Positions 36,647 through 45,770 of a stretch of DNA of 64,000 nucleotides are shown here, in pieces. This stretch comes from Oscillospiraceae bacterium (GTDB lineage Bacteria; Bacillota; Clostridia; Oscillospirales; Oscillospiraceae). Both the position numbers and the translations under genes were made by a program. The notes under the pieces are model-generated. The model had not been told where the DNA came from and did no database searches. It saw only the letters and a list, made by a program, of their open reading frames with translations. Position 1 is the stretch's first letter. Every line of letters starts with the position of its first letter. Location: the NCBI GenBank assembly GCA_009780235.1, contig WRAK01000007.1:7847-71846 (forward strand), given 5' to 3'.

Positions 36647-37296
36647 TGGTTGTGTTTGACATCATCTCGACCGGGTCAAAAGGCAACGCCGTGGTTGTAA
36701 ATAGCCATATCCTCATCGACTGCGGCGTATCGTTCCGGGCGGTCAAAAACCATCCCGATTTTCGGGCGATAAACCTTGTCCTACTTACACACATCCACGG
36801 TGACCATTTCAACCGCACCACTATTCGCAAATTGGCGCAGGAGCGACCTACGTTGCGCTTCGGGTGCCCTCCATGGTTGGTTGCCGATATAGCGGGCTGC
36901 GGGGCGGATAAGCGCAATGTGGACGTGTACGGCATGGGAACGGGCTACAGGTACGGCGGATTTGTTGTAGAGCCGTTCCCGCTTCCGCATAATGTCCAAA
37001 ATTGCGGCTATAAAATCTTTTTTGACGGCTGTGGAAAGATGATATACGCCACCGATACCAACAACATGACGGGAATTGAGGCGAAAGATTATGACCTCTA
37101 TCTGATAGAGGCGAACTATACCGAAGAGGACATTGTTGAGCGCATCCGCAAGAAACAGGAGACTGGCGAGTTTTGCCATGAATATGCGGTTTTAGAGAAT
37201 CATTTGAGTCGAGAGAAGGCCCTCAATTTCATTTATAAAAACATTGGCCCTAATGGACAATATGTCTTTTTGCACCAGCACGAGGGTGGAGAGTAG
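36646..37296 (+). CDS. metallo-beta-lactamase fold hydrolase (putative recombination exonuclease partner)
   Basis: LLTHIHGDHFN motif. Confidence 0.7.
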   Translation: MVVFDIISTGSKGNAVVVNSHILIDCGVSFRAVKNHPDFRAINLVLLTHIHGDHFNRTTIRKLAQERPTLRFGCPPWLVADIAGCGADKRNVDVYGMGTGYRYGGFVVEPFPLPHNVQNCGYKIFFDGCGKMIYATDTNNMTGIEAKDYDLYLIEANYTEEDIVERIRKKQETGEFCHEYAVLENHLSREKALNFIYKNIGPNGQYVFLHQHEGGE

Positions 37297-37297
37297 T

Positions 37298-37906
37298 ATG
37301 GCGAAATACGGAAGATTAACTGTCCTTGAACGCTTCTACCCAAGCGGAAAAGGGAATGCGTATTGCCGATGCCTGTGTGATTGTGGCAATGAAAAGTGCG
37401 TTAGAGAGACACACCTGAAATCTGGGAAGATAAGGAGCTGTGGCTGTCTTAGCGCAGAGCTAGCGAGCAAACGCAACAAAACTCACGGGGAACGTCGCAC
37501 CAGATTATATAGAATTTGGACGAACATGAAAGCAAGATGCAACAATTCCAAAGCTTCACGGTACGAGCACTACGGAGGCAGAGGGATCACAGTTTGCGAG
37601 GATTGGCAAAAATCGTTTGCAACCTTCCGTGATTGGGCACTTGAGAACGGTTACACAGACACTCTAACCATTGACCGAATTGACAATGATGGAAACTACG
37701 CACCGGATAATTGTAGATGGACTACAGCGCAAGAACAAGCGAGGAATACATCGAAGAATCATAAGGTCGAGTTCAATGGAGAGGTGCGCTGCATAACCGA
37801 ATGGGCCGACATATTCGGCATCGATAGGGGTACCTTGCTTTACAGAATCAACATTGCAAAAATGTCCATTGAGCAAGCTGTTTTACAGCGGGAGGCCCCA
37901 ACATGA
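37298..37906 (+). CDS. Zn-ribbon/HNH-like protein, paralog 4
   Basis: YGRLTVL...CRCLCDCGN...SCGC, HYGGRGITVCEDW, LTIDRIDNDGNYAPDNCRWTT, plus an extra C-terminal HTH-like tail. Confidence 0.65.
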   Translation: MAKYGRLTVLERFYPSGKGNAYCRCLCDCGNEKCVRETHLKSGKIRSCGCLSAELASKRNKTHGERRTRLYRIWTNMKARCNNSKASRYEHYGGRGITVCEDWQKSFATFRDWALENGYTDTLTIDRIDNDGNYAPDNCRWTTAQEQARNTSKNHKVEFNGEVRCITEWADIFGIDRGTLLYRINIAKMSIEQAVLQREAPT

Positions 37907-38487
37907 CCACGACAATCCAGTTCAAGGATGCCTCGGTAGGCACCTCTGACGGAGTGGAATATCTCATGATTCCGCTCGATGGATACGAGAGCAAGGTCAA
38001 AGCCCGGAAGTTTGTGGCGGAGGCCCAAGATAAGCCCTATGTTGTAGAACTGAAACGATACTACCGAAAGCGGAGCCGGGATGCAAATTCATATTTCTGG
38101 GTATTGGCCGGGAAGCTGGCGGCGGTACTCCGGATCCCGAAAGAGGAGATTTACCGCGGCTACATTGAGGATATCGGCGACAACTTTGAAATCGTCGAAA
38201 TCCGGGACGAAGCGAAAGCGGCGTGGGTTAGAAATTGGAGCGGGCGGGGCCTTGGTTGGGTATGTGAAGACCTCGGCCCCAGCGTGACACCGGGGAAGAG
38301 CAGTATCATTTGCTATGACGGATCCAGCGTTTATAACACCCGGCAGATGTCCTGCTTGATTGACCTTATCGTACACGACTGTAAGGAGCAGGGAATTGAG
38401 ACGCTATCGCTGGACGAAATATATAGGCTAAAGGAGTTATGGGGTGAACGAGCGGACGAAAGCCCTTCAGATACCAAAGCGGGTTAA
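37903..38487 (+). CDS. NinB/Orf-like recombination mediator (tentative)
   Basis: KRSRDANSYFWVLAGKLA resembles lambda Orf RSLDQNRKLWACLGDVS (recalled). Confidence 0.4.
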   Translation: MTTTIQFKDASVGTSDGVEYLMIPLDGYESKVKARKFVAEAQDKPYVVELKRYYRKRSRDANSYFWVLAGKLAAVLRIPKEEIYRGYIEDIGDNFEIVEIRDEAKAAWVRNWSGRGLGWVCEDLGPSVTPGKSSIICYDGSSVYNTRQMSCLIDLIVHDCKEQGIETLSLDEIYRLKELWGERADESPSDTKAG

Positions 38488-38764
38488 GGAGGCCGTAGCG
38501 GCTCGTGACAGTTTTGGGTATCCCCCGCATCCGTGCTGCATCCTCTGTTGTAGCCCGGAAGGGTTGCCGGAGGCGCACTATATCCCGCGGAGCCGTGGCG
38601 GACTTGGGGTTGAGGAAAATGTTGTTACCCTGTGCCGCCCGTGTCACACGAAGCTTGACCAGACGGTGGAGCGGCAGGACTTGTTACGGCAGGTCAAAGA
38701 GTATCTACAATCAAAATATCCGGAGTGGGATGAAGCCGCGCTGGTTTACAGGAGAGAGTTATGA
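38444..38764 (+). CDS. HNH endonuclease
   Basis: CILCCS...EAHYIPRS...NVVTLCRPCH. GTG start after AAGGAG. Confidence 0.65.
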   Translation: MNERTKALQIPKRVKEAVAARDSFGYPPHPCCILCCSPEGLPEAHYIPRSRGGLGVEENVVTLCRPCHTKLDQTVERQDLLRQVKEYLQSKYPEWDEAALVYRREL

Positions 38765-39177
38765 ATCACGTTGTACTTATGGGCCGGATGACACGAGACC
38801 CGGAGCTGCGGCACACGCAGTCTGGTCACGCCGTTGTGAGTTTCCGCATCGCCGTTGACCGTCGGTTTTCCGGTAAGGACGGTGGCGAGCGGCAGGCTGA
38901 CTTTATCGACATTGTCGCATGGCGGCAGACTGCAGAGTTTATCTCCAAGTATTTCTCCAAAGGCCGCATGATTGCGGTGTATGGTAACCTGCAAGTCCGG
39001 GAGTGGCAGGACAAAGACGGAAATAAACGCTGGAGTACGGAAGTGCAGGCCGAGCAGGTTTACTTTACGGGTGAGAAGCGTGAGGGCGGCGGCGGTGGTG
39101 GAAGAGTTTACGCCCCGCCTGACGTGAGCGCAGATTTTACAGAGCTAGACGATGACGACGGCGAGCTGCCGTTTTAA
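38761..39177 (+). CDS. ssb: single-stranded DNA-binding protein
   Basis: OB-fold MNHVVLMGRMTRDPELR...W.TEV, Gly-rich linker, acidic tail DDDGELPF. Confidence 0.92.
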   Translation: MNHVVLMGRMTRDPELRHTQSGHAVVSFRIAVDRRFSGKDGGERQADFIDIVAWRQTAEFISKYFSKGRMIAVYGNLQVREWQDKDGNKRWSTEVQAEQVYFTGEKREGGGGGGRVYAPPDVSADFTELDDDDGELPF

Positions 39178-39201
39178 ACCTACAGGAGGGAGGGGCTGCG
39201 G

Positions 39202-39882
39202 GTGGCTCGTAAAGCATTTTCAATTCATTCTGATTTTTACGAAGAAATACGAAACCTAACGCAAAAAAACCGTAGTGACGTAATTCTTGCCCTCATAGAT
39301 TGGGCTACGGACACGCCCGCTACAATACAGCTAGACCCTGAAATATCTATGTTATTTCGCCTTATGTGTGCGCAAATTGAGCGCATATCAAAGGCGAACG
39401 CCGGGAACGGCGCACAAGGCGGCAGACCGAGCGGAAAAAGCGAAGAAAGCGAAGAAAAGCGAAGAAAGCGAAAAAAGCCTCCCGTTCCCGTTACCGATAC
39501 CGTAACCATATCCAATACCGATACCAAGAGAAAGAGTGCGTCCGCGCTCGTGGCACAGTCTGATTTGCCCGTCCCCGTGAAAGATGCGCTTTGCGACTGG
39601 CTTGCTTATAAGCAGGAGAAACGGCAACCGTACAAGGAAAAGGGGCTGATGGCACTAATTACCACGGTTGGTGGCAACCTCGAGAAATACGGTGAGGCGG
39701 CGGTCATGGCCTGTATCAAGGAATCCATGGCCAACAACTGGCAGGGTATCATCTGGGACAGAATCGACAAGACGGGAGGTGGGCGTAGTGTTGGAGAGCA
39801 TTCTGGCGGCCGTGCCGGAACATCTGCGGGCGGGCGTGAGCCGGGAACTGGAAAACGTGGACTTGACACAACAAGGCTCTGA
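39202..39882 (+). CDS. putative replisome organizer (DUF4373/DnaD-like, tentative)
   Basis: Position directly upstream of the DnaC-like loader. C-terminal LAYKQEKRQPYKEKG...NNWQGIIWD pattern. Confidence 0.45.
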   Translation: MARKAFSIHSDFYEEIRNLTQKNRSDVILALIDWATDTPATIQLDPEISMLFRLMCAQIERISKANAGNGAQGGRPSGKSEESEEKRRKRKKPPVPVTDTVTISNTDTKRKSASALVAQSDLPVPVKDALCDWLAYKQEKRQPYKEKGLMALITTVGGNLEKYGEAAVMACIKESMANNWQGIIWDRIDKTGGGRSVGEHSGGRAGTSAGGREPGTGKRGLDTTRL

Positions 39883-40621
39883 GGCATGGGAACAGGAAAG
39901 GGTCGAGCGTTTAAACGCTGATATCGCCGGTGAGGCGGACGGCTACGATTGCGCCGAGTGCAAAAACAGAAGGTACTTCTGGGGCAGAAAAAACGGGTAT
40001 ACCGTGACAATGCCTTGCAAATGCGTTGATACACGAAGAGCTCGCCGCCGCATTGAAAAGAGTGGGCTGTCGCACTTGCTTTCAGAGTGTACGCTGGAAA
40101 ACTTCCGAACGGACACGGTTTGGCAACACAGTATGAAAGAGAAAGCTCTGGCGTTCCTTGATGACCACCGCGGCAAATGGTTCTGCGCCTTAGGCGTAGT
40201 GGGCGGCGGGAAAACCCACATCTGTACTGCGATGTGCGGGAAATTCTTAGAGCGTGGCCAAGACGTCCGGTACATGATGTGGCTGGACGAGGTTGTCAAA
40301 ATCAAGGCCGTTGCGATGGACGATGAAGCGAGGAGCCGCTTGGTGGAGCCGCTGAAACGAGCGTCTGTGCTGTACATCGATGACCTGTTCAAGTCTGAGC
40401 GAAACGGCACAATCTCGGCGGCTGATATCAAGCTTGCATTTGAGATTCTGAACCACCGCTATATCAACCGGGATTTGGTGACAATCATCAGTTCGGAGCG
40501 GTACATCGAAGATATTTGCGATATTGACGAGGCTGTAGGCAGCCGCATCTATCAGCGGACGAAGGAGCATGTTGTCGAGCTGGTGGGTGCGGATAAGAAC
40601 TACAGGTATAAAAGCCCTTGA
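39788..40621 (+). CDS. DnaC/IstB-like AAA+ helicase loader
   Basis: Walker A GVVGGGKTH and Walker B LYIDDL. GTG at 39788 sits 8 nt after GGGAGG. Confidence 0.72.
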   Translation: MLESILAAVPEHLRAGVSRELENVDLTQQGSEAWEQERVERLNADIAGEADGYDCAECKNRRYFWGRKNGYTVTMPCKCVDTRRARRRIEKSGLSHLLSECTLENFRTDTVWQHSMKEKALAFLDDHRGKWFCALGVVGGGKTHICTAMCGKFLERGQDVRYMMWLDEVVKIKAVAMDDEARSRLVEPLKRASVLYIDDLFKSERNGTISAADIKLAFEILNHRYINRDLVTIISSERYIEDICDIDEAVGSRIYQRTKEHVVELVGADKNYRYKSP

Positions 40622-40646
40622 GTTGCCGGGGCGAGGAGGTGTTGGA

Positions 40647-42053
40647 ATGAATCTAACCTATGGTGATTTTTTAGAGCAAAAACGTCTTGATTTGGCAGAT
40701 GGCGGATTTGGTGTCGAAAAAGGAATCCTTAACAGACGGCTCTTTGAATGGCAAAGGGATATTGTGGAATGGTCACTACGCAAAGGAAAGGCGGCTCTGT
40801 TCGAGGATTGTGGGCTTGGAAAAACTTTTCAGCAGCTTGAGTTTGCGAACCAAGTGTGTTGGCATGAAAACACCAACGTTATAATCCTAGCTCCGTTGGC
40901 GGTGGCGCAACAGACGAAGGCAGAGGGAGAGCGATTCGGAATATCGGTCAATATCATCGAAAATCAAGCCGATATTAAAAAAGGAATCAACATCACCAAC
41001 TATGAAAAATTAGATAAATTCAACTTTGGAATGTTCGGCGGCGTGGTTTTGGACGAAAGTTCAATCCTAAAGCATAGTGGAAGTAAAATTCGTAGGGAAA
41101 TAACGAAGATATTTTCAGGCACCCCATTCCGTCTACCATGTACCGCAACGCCTGCCCCAAATGACTTCATGGAAATCGGGCATCATGCTGAGTTTTTGGG
41201 CGTAATGAGCCAAGCGGAAATGCTGGCTACGTTCTTCGTGCACGATAGCGGCGACACGTCGAAATGGAGGCTCAAAGGCCATGCGGAGGGGAAGTTTTGG
41301 GAGTGGATTGCAAGCTGGGCCTGTGTACTTCAAAAACCGTCTGACCTTGGGTATGACGATGTAGGTTATACGCTACCCCCTCTCATCATTCACGAACATA
41401 TTGTGAAGTCAACCAACCTAGAGGACATTGACGGTCAAACCCTACTCATACCTCGTACGACAATGAGCCTAAATGAACGCAGAAAGGCGCGGAAACTAAG
41501 CCTTGAGGATAGGGTCGGCGTGGCGGCGGATATAGCAAATTCAATTGATGGGCAAGCATTGGTGTGGTGCGACCTAAACGCTGAGAGTGAGGCACTCAAG
41601 AAAGCTATCAATGGTGCAGTCGAGGTCAAGGGGAGCGACACTAATAAGCATAAAACTGAATCCATGACAGGCTTTACCGATGGAAGTGTCCGAGCATTGG
41701 TAAGCAAACCATCCATTGCCGGGTGGGGGATGAACTGGCAAAACTCCAATAACATGATATTCGTTGGCCTTTCGGACAGTTTTGAAGCGTACTATCAGGC
41801 TATCCGCCGCCAATGGCGATTTGGGCAGAAGAGTCCGGTCAACGTTCATCTTGTCATATCGGAAGCCGAAGGGGCTGTGAAAGCCAATATAGAGCGAAAG
41901 CAACGGGATACAGAGCGGATGACGCGGGAGCTTATCAAGCATACACAAAAAATACTACAAGCAGAAATCAGGCAGACCACCCGTATAACAGAGGGATATG
42001 CCGCGGCAGAGACCATGGTCGTGCCTGATTGGCTGGGGAGGGTAGCGGGATGA
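40647..42053 (+). CDS. SNF2/DEAD-like superfamily-2 helicase
   Basis: Motif I DCGLGKTFQ, motif II VVLDESS, C-terminal helicase-domain motifs. Confidence 0.72.
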   Translation: MNLTYGDFLEQKRLDLADGGFGVEKGILNRRLFEWQRDIVEWSLRKGKAALFEDCGLGKTFQQLEFANQVCWHENTNVIILAPLAVAQQTKAEGERFGISVNIIENQADIKKGINITNYEKLDKFNFGMFGGVVLDESSILKHSGSKIRREITKIFSGTPFRLPCTATPAPNDFMEIGHHAEFLGVMSQAEMLATFFVHDSGDTSKWRLKGHAEGKFWEWIASWACVLQKPSDLGYDDVGYTLPPLIIHEHIVKSTNLEDIDGQTLLIPRTTMSLNERRKARKLSLEDRVGVAADIANSIDGQALVWCDLNAESEALKKAINGAVEVKGSDTNKHKTESMTGFTDGSVRALVSKPSIAGWGMNWQNSNNMIFVGLSDSFEAYYQAIRRQWRFGQKSPVNVHLVISEAEGAVKANIERKQRDTERMTRELIKHTQKILQAEIRQTTRITEGYAAAETMVVPDWLGRVAG

Positions 42054-43069
42054 ACGTAGGAGTTATTGAACAGCACATAACTGATCGATTTGCGCTTTAT
42101 AACGGAGACTGTGCAGAGGTTCTCAAGGGCATCCCGGATAACACGATTCACTACGAAATCTATTCGCCGCCGTTTGCCAGCCTGTATACATACTCAAATA
42201 GTGACCGGGACTTGGGGAATGTCCGTAGCAATGATGAGTTTTTTACGCAATTCAAATTTATTGCGGAGGAGCTTTTCAGAGTTTTAATGCCCGGCCGCAT
42301 TATGTCGGTACATTGCATGGATATTCCAGCCATGAAGGAGCGGGACGGCAGAATCGGTTTGATTGACTTTCCGGGTCAGCTGATAGCGATGTTCGAGAAA
42401 ATAGGGTTTATATACCATTCCCGTGTCGCAATTTGGAAAGACCCGCTTGTGGAGGCAACTCGCACAAAGGCACTAGGGCTTATGCACAAGCAATTGTGCA
42501 AGGATAGCGCAATGTGCCGGAACGGGTTGCCGGATTATCTGTTGTCGTTCAGAAAACCCGGAACGAACCCGGAGCCGATAGCGCACCCTGGCGGGCTAAC
42601 CTCGTTTGCCGGAGAAGACGAACCGTGCGCTCCGAGAGTTGAGCCAACGATGAAGGATAGTGATAGGCACAGAAAGGTCAGCATGGTAAAGGAAGACCCT
42701 GTCTACTCGCACCACGTATGGAGACGGTACGCATCGCCTGTTTGGATGGATATCAACCAGAGCAATACATTAAACCGTACGAGCGCAAGAGATGAGAAAG
42801 ATGAGCGGCATATATGTCCGCTGCAACTCGATGTGATTGAGCGAGCACTCACCCTGTATTCCAATACAGGAGATACTGTATTGTCACCATTTTTGGGGAT
42901 AGGATCTGAAATCTATCAAGCCCTTAAAATGGGGCGAAAAGGGGTGGGTATGGAGCTCAAAGAAAGCTATTATCGTCAGGCCGTTCTTAATTGTGCCAAT
43001 GTAGCAGAAGAGGATCAGGTTTGTATGTGGACAGGCGAGGGAGCGGAGGGAGAGCCATGCGACACGTAG
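42050..43069 (+). CDS. beta-class N4-cytosine or N6-adenine DNA methyltransferase
   Basis: Motif IV SPPF is N-terminal and motif I VLSPFLGIGSE is C-terminal. ATGA overlap with the helicase. Confidence 0.82.
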   Translation: MNVGVIEQHITDRFALYNGDCAEVLKGIPDNTIHYEIYSPPFASLYTYSNSDRDLGNVRSNDEFFTQFKFIAEELFRVLMPGRIMSVHCMDIPAMKERDGRIGLIDFPGQLIAMFEKIGFIYHSRVAIWKDPLVEATRTKALGLMHKQLCKDSAMCRNGLPDYLLSFRKPGTNPEPIAHPGGLTSFAGEDEPCAPRVEPTMKDSDRHRKVSMVKEDPVYSHHVWRRYASPVWMDINQSNTLNRTSARDEKDERHICPLQLDVIERALTLYSNTGDTVLSPFLGIGSEIYQALKMGRKGVGMELKESYYRQAVLNCANVAEEDQVCMWTGEGAEGEPCDT

Positions 43070-44520
43070 GAGATATCACCGCCCTTCTCGGTCACGAGTT
43101 GGAGCCGGTGGACGTTGTAACCGGCGGTAGCCCATGCCAAGACTTGAGTGTCGCCGGGAAGCGTGAGGGTCTATCCGGCGAACGCTCCGGGCTTTTCATG
43201 GAACAAATCCGTATCATAAAGGAGCTGAGGCAAGCAGATGAGCAACGTAGAACAGGTCAGCCTATTCGACCCAGGCACATGGTGTGGGAAAACGTCCCCG
43301 GAGCCTTCTCCAGCAACAAAGGCGAAGACATCCGGGTCGTCCTCGAAGAAACGGCAAGGATTGCCGAGCCGGATGCCATTATTTCTAGACCTCCGGGCGG
43401 GAAATGGTCAACTTCTGGGTGCATCATGGGAGACGGATGGAGCATCGCTTGGCGAGTTCTCGACGCACAGTTTTGGGGAGTACCCCAACGTCGCCGTAGA
43501 ATCGCACTTGTCGCAGATTTTGGAGGCCAATCCGCACCCGAAATACTCTTTGAGCGAAACGGCGTGCCGGGGAATCCTGTGGCGAGCGGAGCGGAGAGGG
43601 AAGGAGTTGCCAGAGGAGTTGCGGACGGCATTGGAGGCACAGAGTACCTTTCGGGGTGGGATGTCCAAGACAAACGCATATTCAGCGGAAGGGGGGTCTC
43701 TCCAACCTTATCCGGATGCGACGGAGGCGGTGGAAGAAATCCGGCGGGAATAGTCTATGCAGGTTTCAACGGCCACAAAAGCATAACAGGATCTATTCAA
43801 TACGCAGAGGGCGTGTCACCAACGCTTGAAGCTAATATGCCGAGCAACATTTGCGAGATTTGCCGGACAGACCAGACAGGGAGTAACGGTCTGGGAATTT
43901 GCGAAGATATAGCACACACGTTAGACGGTGCTACGGGCAAAGCGGTTTTCGAGAGCCACGGCCAAGATTCCCGGTATAGGGGGCCGTTAGACGTATCGCC
44001 AACGTGTGCAAGGAAATGGGGAACGGGTGGTGGGAATGTGCCGCTAGTCGCAGGCATAGATTGCCGCAACCATTACGAGAATGATGGTGTGTCGGCTACG
44101 CTACAAGCGAAAGAGAGCGGGGGGCAAAGCCTGAATTATATCAATCCCGTAAGGATTGAGCAATCAGTCCGCCGCCTCACACCACTCGAATGCGAACGGC
44201 TCCAAGGCTACCCGGACGGGTGGACGGATATCCCGGACTACATACACAACGGAAAGCGGCGCACGGCCAGCGACACGGCTCGGTATCAGGCACTAGGCAA
44301 CAGCATCGCACTTCCGCCGTGGGTGTGGATCCTCGGGCGCATATCGGCGCAATATGGGCGCACCGCAACGCTGGGTAGCCTGTTTGATGGGATAGGCGGG
44401 TTCCCGCTGATTTGGGAGCGGATTAACGGCGGAGGGTCGGCGGCGTGGGCGAGTGAGATTGAGCCGTTTTGTATCGCGGTGACGGAGCATTGGTTTAATG
44501 GAGCAGGGGCGGTAATATGA
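43057..44520 (+). CDS. DNA (cytosine-5)-methyltransferase with permuted motif order
   Basis: GGSPCQDLS (IV), WENVPG (VI), QRRRRIALV (VIII), repeated SPTL target-recognition-like segments, RRLTPLECERLQGYP (IX), ALGNSIALP (X). Only after these comes LGSLFDGIGG (I) at the C-terminus. Confidence 0.82.
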   Translation: MRHVGDITALLGHELEPVDVVTGGSPCQDLSVAGKREGLSGERSGLFMEQIRIIKELRQADEQRRTGQPIRPRHMVWENVPGAFSSNKGEDIRVVLEETARIAEPDAIISRPPGGKWSTSGCIMGDGWSIAWRVLDAQFWGVPQRRRRIALVADFGGQSAPEILFERNGVPGNPVASGAEREGVARGVADGIGGTEYLSGWDVQDKRIFSGRGVSPTLSGCDGGGGRNPAGIVYAGFNGHKSITGSIQYAEGVSPTLEANMPSNICEICRTDQTGSNGLGICEDIAHTLDGATGKAVFESHGQDSRYRGPLDVSPTCARKWGTGGGNVPLVAGIDCRNHYENDGVSATLQAKESGGQSLNYINPVRIEQSVRRLTPLECERLQGYPDGWTDIPDYIHNGKRRTASDTARYQALGNSIALPPWVWILGRISAQYGRTATLGSLFDGIGGFPLIWERINGGGSAAWASEIEPFCIAVTEHWFNGAGAVI

Positions 44521-45359
44521 ACGGCATAATCCGAGTATTTCCGCAGCGTACATCATACACCCCAACGGACGGCTACAGTTTTATAGGCTCGCCGCCTCCG
44601 CTCTTCATACCAGAACATAAAGAAGTCCATATCTCCTGCATATTTACATGGGACAAAGCCGAATGCGAAGAGTTGACCTACCAGTGGGAGGGTCAAACAA
44701 ATAAGCCGGTCAAACTCGGCGGCCCGGCATACAGCTCACCGGCAGACGAGCACATCCCCGGCATGTACATCAAGCAGAATATTATTTTCACGACCCGCGG
44801 CTGTAACAATCGGTGCCAATGGTGCGTGGTGCCACGCATAGAAGGACGGCTCCGGGAGCTACCAATTCATGTGGGGAACATCATCCAAGACAACAACTTC
44901 TTGCAAGCCAACCGGGCGCACAAAGATAAGGTCTTCACCATGCTACGCACACAACGAGGTATTTGTTTCAAAGGTGGGCTGGATGTTGGTTTGATAGACA
45001 CTCACTTCATCGACAACATAACCGGCCTTCGCATTAAAGAGCTCTGGCTGGCTTGCGATACGGATGCGGCGATTCCGAGGTTCAAAGCCGCCGCCGAAAA
45101 GCTGGTAAAGGCGGGGTTCAATCGCGAGAAAATTAAGTGCTACGCGCTAATCGGCGACAATATGGCTGAAAACGAAGTTCGATTACGCGAGATATATCAC
45201 GCGGGGGCTATGCCGTTTGCACAATTGTACCGGGACTTTGGGGGCATGAAAACGGAGTACAGCAAAGAATGGAATGCGTTTGCCCGTTCGTGGCAACGCC
45301 CAGCGGCAATCGTCGCACACATGGAAAAAGGTACAGATTTTAGAGATTTCGGAACATGA
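44517..45359 (+). CDS. radical SAM domain protein
   Basis: TRGCNNRCQWCV contains the Cx3Cx2C cluster motif. ATGA overlap with the C5-methyltransferase gene. Confidence 0.6.
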   Translation: MNGIIRVFPQRTSYTPTDGYSFIGSPPPLFIPEHKEVHISCIFTWDKAECEELTYQWEGQTNKPVKLGGPAYSSPADEHIPGMYIKQNIIFTTRGCNNRCQWCVVPRIEGRLRELPIHVGNIIQDNNFLQANRAHKDKVFTMLRTQRGICFKGGLDVGLIDTHFIDNITGLRIKELWLACDTDAAIPRFKAAAEKLVKAGFNREKIKCYALIGDNMAENEVRLREIYHAGAMPFAQLYRDFGGMKTEYSKEWNAFARSWQRPAAIVAHMEKGTDFRDFGT

Positions 45360-45375
45360 CGGGAGGGAGCAGATT

Positions 45376-45555
45376 GTGGCAATTAAAATCAGAATCCAGA
45401 AGCACGGTGCAATGACCGAGGCGGATCGGTTGCAAGTTGCAACCCTGCTTATAAAAGCCGGGTACACGGCTCGCATCGGTCGAGAACGGCCGGCGGGCAA
45501 AGATAGCGGCACATATATCTACTACGTCGAATATTGGGACGGAACGCAATCATGA
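45376..45555 (+). CDS. hypothetical small protein
   Basis: GTG at 45376 after GGGAGGGAG, 59 aa. Confidence 0.35.
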   Translation: MAIKIRIQKHGAMTEADRLQVATLLIKAGYTARIGRERPAGKDSGTYIYYVEYWDGTQS

Positions 45556-45770
45556 GCGCATTAGATATGAGCTATGACGGAAGCCTTTATATGGCAGTAA
45601 CCCCGGACGAGTACGAGCTGCCTTTGGTCGTGGCCGCATCAGCGGCTGAATTGGCAAGGGTGTGCGGAACATCTGAAAGCAACATTCGAGTTCAGATATG
45701 TCGCGGATACAATGGGACGAATTCAGGCAGGAAATTTGTAAAAGTTGAGGTTAGAAGTTGTGATGAATAA
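45552..45770 (+). CDS. hypothetical small protein
   Basis: ATGA overlap with the upstream ORF, 72 aa. Confidence 0.4.
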   Translation: MSALDMSYDGSLYMAVTPDEYELPLVVAASAAELARVCGTSESNIRVQICRGYNGTNSGRKFVKVEVRSCDE

